25,327 bases of DNA from Amoebophrya sp. A120 (taxonomy: Eukaryota > Protista > Dinoflagellata), in NCBI GenBank assembly GCA_905178155.1, contig CAJINV010000052.1, positions 1 to 25,327 of the forward strand. The letters are read 5' to 3'. The position numbers and the translations under genes are program-made. Below the pieces are notes generated by a model that saw nothing but the letters and a program-made list of their open reading frames with translations, had not been told where the DNA came from and did no database searches. Shown here in pieces: positions 21,795-25,327 of this stretch. The stretch's first letter is position 1. Each line of letters begins with the position of its first letter.

Positions 21795-24700
21795 TCACCT
21801 CTTCCGCCCACTCGCGGCGCTCCTTCCCCCGCCGCCACCTTTCCGGACCGTTGCCTTTGCGTTCCTGCTATCCCGTGCAAAAGTATCGTACTCGTAGTAA
21901 TTATCGCATTTATGCATCACAACTCTACTTGCTATTGCAAATCCGCATTACAAATGAAATTTGTAATGCTGAGTCAATTTGTATTGCATGCGATTTATAC
22001 AACTAGCACGATGCTTTTGCAGTTCATACCTGGCCGCCTGTGCCTTCGCTTTCGCTTTGGCCGCGGCCGCCGCGGCTTTCGCCCGGGCTTTCTGCTGCTG
22101 TGCCAGTAACTTTGCCTGCTTCTCTCGGGCCTCCCTTTCCAAGCGAATCGCCCGGGCCTTGTTCTTATGGATTGCAAAAATGTCTGGGTCTGGAAGGTTG
22201 CAACATGTCATGCTAAATCCGAAGCATGCAAAAATCTGTATTGCATGAGTGCCAAAAGCTGTCCACTTTCGACCAAGTTGGGAGGGAGTTTCTCATGCAG
22301 GATAGGCACGAAAGTGAAAGAGACCTCACAGACTCTGTTATACTAGGTCCCGCATTCCAAACCTTAGGGGTCATGGAAAACCTGCATGACAAGTTCACAC
22401 TCTTTCAGACCCAGACACTTTTGTTTTTCATAGTTCTTTTCCCTCTTCCTCCGCTGGAGTTCCTTCTGGTACGGCCTCTTCAAGTATCAAATGTAAAAAT
22501 GTCTGGGTCTGGAAAGTTGGGACTTGTGATGCTAACTTTGGATTCTAAAAAAAATCTGTATTGCATGACCAGCAAGAGGAGCCACATTGGTGCCGCGCGA
22601 GGAGGGCATTTGTCATGCGGAAATGGCATCAGGAAGCGTTCCAAAAATCTGTGATGCTGGGTCATGCATTACAAGCATCATGGGTCATGCCAGACAAGCA
22701 TGACAAGCCTTCCAATCTTCCAGACCCAGACATTTTTACATTTGATATCAAGCGGACGTAATCGGCCGTGCCGCGCTTAGACAGCGTCGTTGGGAGGAGG
22801 AGCATGTTTTCGAGATGTAGATCGAACTCGGGATCTTCCGGCTCCTCTTCCACTAGCAATTGATGTCGCTGGGCTGCCTGCCGCTGTCTCATCACCTCCT
22901 GGGAAACTACATCTTGCGCTCCTGCTTTTCCAGTAGTTCCCAGCCCGAGAAGACCTCGCGACGTGCTGCTCTGCTGGTTCAGAATTCCAGGTTTGATATT
23001 CTGTCGTTGCAGATTGATTTTATGAACTGCCGAAGATGAGGATGAGGATGAAGAAGACTGGTTGATCGTAGGTCTTTGAACACCGCTACTACTTGGTGGA
23101 AGTTTATAATTCACATTAGAACTCGGCAAGGAACTACTTGCACTGGAGTCGTAGTTCTGCAACCCCATAGTAGCGCTCTTTCCGCTTTTCCCGTGTTCCA
23201 CCCTCTTCGCAACTGTGTTATGCGCTGCCCTCTTCGTGATCCCAGTGCCGTGTACTTGAAGTTGTTTTCCTGCCGCGCCGGTTCTGGCGACTTTCCCTTG
23301 TCGCGCGGGCCCACTTCCAGGCGGCAGCATCGTCTTTTTCAGGTGTTTCTTCTGCTGCTCCACAAGTCGAGCTTGCTGTTCTCGAAGTTGTGCTGCCTGC
23401 TCCTCCTGTTCCTTGTCCGCCGCCTCTTTCGCTTCCTTTTCAGCCTTCTCCCGATAAAACTTGTTTCGGTTGAAAATTTCGTGTAATAACTGGTTATCCA
23501 ATGCAAAAGTATCGCACTCGTAGTGATTGCAGTTGTGCATTACAAACGCAGGCATTAATGTCCATCCGCATTACAGATTTAATTTGTAATGCTGAGCAAA
23601 TTTGTAATGCAATTTGTACTAGTACGATACTTTTGCAGTTCATACTGGTTCTTCTTGGGCAATAGGTTCCCCTGCCGGTCCTTGGCTTCCTTTTCCAAAA
23701 GGGGCTGCGCTATCAAATGCAAAAGTGTCTGGGTCTGGACGAATGCAACCTGTGATGCTGCATTTGGATTCCAAAAGAATCTGTATTGCATGAGTAGCAA
23801 GGGGAATGCAATTTTTGCTACTCTGAGAAGGCATTTGTCATGCGAAATATTAGGCATCAAGAAGCCCTCAAAAAATCTGTATTGCTAGGGTAGGCATCAC
23901 GGACATCATGGCTCATGCAAAACGTGCCTGACAAGTGTCAGAATCTTCCAGACCCAGACATTTTTCCAGTTGATATGCACTGTGAACATCGTCATCAGCT
24001 CCTGCTTCATGTGCACTCGCACGAGTGCTTGATTCAGTGACTCTTGCTGCGGCTCGCCCAGTATGGATTGTAAAAATGTCTGGGTCTGGAAGGTTGGGAC
24101 TTGTAAAGCTAGCTTTCCATAGCTAGAAAATCTGTATTGCATAACCAACAAAAGTCGCAGTCTCTTTTGTCATGCAAGAACGCAGGTTCTCATGCGGATT
24201 GCCTACGAGAAAGCGTTTTGGGAAGTTGTCATGCCGGACTGCATTCGGAAGCGTTTTCATCATGCACATTTTGGCATCACAAGTTTCCAGACCCAGACAT
24301 TTTTGCATTTCGTATCCAGCGCCGGCAGTGGGCCCGGAAGCTGGTGGGCCGGCATGCTCAAAGCTTCATCCAGTGTCGCGGTTCTTTTACCCCCCAGAGG
24401 GAATTTCTTGCCCGGTGGGTCCTCCGTTGCCACCGACTTCAGCCGGTTGTTTTCGATCTTCAGCTGGGTCACCGCGTCTTTCGGCTTGGACACAATTTTC
24501 ACGTTCGGGGGCAACGACCGCGGGTTCACGCTCGTCACCGGGAAATTTTCTTCGACCCACTGCGTTTGTCGCGTCACCGCTTCGCGGATGTCGCGCTCAT
24601 TTGTCTCTGCTTCACCGTTATGCATTGCAAATAAGTCTGGGTCCTCTGGAAGGTTGTAGTGCGTATCTTGCATTCCTGGAAAATCTGTGTGGCATGAGCA

Positions 24701-24991
24701 GCAAATAAGCAGCGTTCCTTATTATGCAATAAGGCAATTTGCGTTGCGTGTCACGCAGAGGGAAACGCTCCGAAAGGTTGTCATGCTTGGCTGCCGTTGC
24801 AAGCGTTGCAGCCATGCGCAATTCAGCATCACAGGTTTCCAGACATCCAGGGATATTTGCAATGCATAACCGTGCTGCTTTTCGAGATAGTCGTGCAGTG
24901 TCTTCTCATAGACGAACTGCAGTTCGCCACTGAACCCGGACGCCAGGACATCCTGTGTAAAAATGTACCCACCCAATAGTTGAGTTGGGAT
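21795..24991 (-). CDS. Hypothetical protein, 5'-incomplete (at least 517 aa), with coiled coils, a Ser-rich middle and a very basic K/A/R C-terminus; 7 introner introns
   Basis: Exons 24991-24869, 24613-24315, 24056-23976, 23705-23645, 23489-22748, 22479-22433, 22160-22029 and 21863-21795 sum to 1554 nt and read as one open frame ending SGRKR*. Confidence 0.85.
21869..22028. mobile_element. Family-B introner, 160 bp, DR CCTGC/CCTGG
   Basis: Ends are TATCCCGTGCAAAAGTATCGTAC and GCACGATGCTTTTGCAGTTCATA. The join QAAR|NAKAT is in frame. Confidence 0.92.
22166..22432. mobile_element. Family-A introner, 267 bp, DR GTTCT/GTTCT
   Basis: TIRs plus a perfect DR. The join REKN|KARA is in frame. Confidence 0.95.
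22485..22747. mobile_element. Family-A introner, 263 bp, DR TCAAG/TCAAG
   Basis: A perfect long TIR (TATCAAATGTAAAAATGTCTGGGTCTGGAA). The join YVRL|KRPY is in frame. Confidence 0.95.
23495..23644. mobile_element. Family-B introner, 150 bp, DR CTGGT/CTGGT
   Basis: Ends are TATCCAATGCAAAAGTATCG and CGATACTTTTGCAGTTCATA. The join KKNQ|LLHE is in frame. Confidence 0.95.
23711..23975. mobile_element. Family-A introner, 265 bp, DR TGCGC/TGCAC
   Basis: TIRs present. The join MFTV|QPLL is in frame. Confidence 0.93.
24062..24314. mobile_element. Family-A introner, 253 bp, DR CCCAG/TCCAG
   Basis: TIRs present; the right end is GTA. The join PALD|EPQQ is in frame. Confidence 0.92.
24619..24868. mobile_element. 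Family-A introner, 250 bp, DR ACCGT/ACCGT
   Basis: Ends are TATGCATTGCAAATA and TATTTGCAATGCATA. The join KQHG|EAET is in frame. Confidence 0.92.
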
Positions 24992-25098
24992 CTATGCAAC
25001 ACAGATCCAGGAGTTTTGGACGCCACGCGTCACAAGTTGCAGCCGGTAGCGTAGTGCAGGTTAGCAAGGACTGCCGCGCTACAAACAAGTCGCGACAT

Positions 25099-25327
25099 CT
25101 TGGCGAACCCGGGCAGGGGGCGACGCAAAAAACCGCGAGCCGCGGAAACGCCACAGCCATCCTGATTTGTCCGGCGAGCGGCCTCTGGAAGATTGCGCGG
25201 CTGGTCGGCGAATCTTCCCGGCCGTCCCTTGGGTTCCCTTCGCGTCTTACTTGACGAACCCGGGAAGGGGGCGACGCAAAAAACCGCAACCCGCGGAAAC
25301 GCCACAGCCATCCTGATTTGTCCGGTG
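25099..25327. repeat. Direct or tandem repeat with a 151-bp period, running off the window edge
   Basis: CTTG.CGAACCCGGG...GCCACAGCCATCCTGATTTGTCCGG occurs at 25099 and 25250. It probably lies inside an intron that begins at about 24993. Confidence 0.85.

Noticed and set aside
993-24319. DR mismatches confined to synonymous positions
   Set aside because: This holds for the elements at 998 and 18090 but not for those at 13207, 17193, 21869, 23711 or 24062.

Overview
This is eukaryotic DNA, very probably from a dinoflagellate, with an Amoebophrya/Syndiniales-like architecture. A perfect 21-nt dinoflagellate spliced-leader (DinoSL) sequence lies at 158-178 on the minus strand. About 7-8 protein-coding genes of unknown function all appear to lie on the minus strand. 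They are interrupted by 17 complete MITE-like elements: 14 of family A (250-291 bp) and 3 of family B (150-160 bp), plus truncated or degenerate copies. Each complete element has terminal inverted repeats (TIRs; consensus TAT-N4-TGCAAAA...TTTTGCA-N4-ATA) and a 5-bp flanking direct repeat (DR). Removing an element plus one DR copy restores the reading frame at 13 junctions checked by hand, yet 14 of the 17 elements cannot give GT/GC-AG ends. They therefore behave as non-canonical, transposon-derived introns (introners). The window also holds an 88-bp tandem array in which each unit is two hairpins, a composite 132-bp/265-bp satellite, and the start of a 151-bp repeat. No transposase, rRNA, tRNA or CRISPR array was seen. 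All coordinates and gene models were derived by hand.
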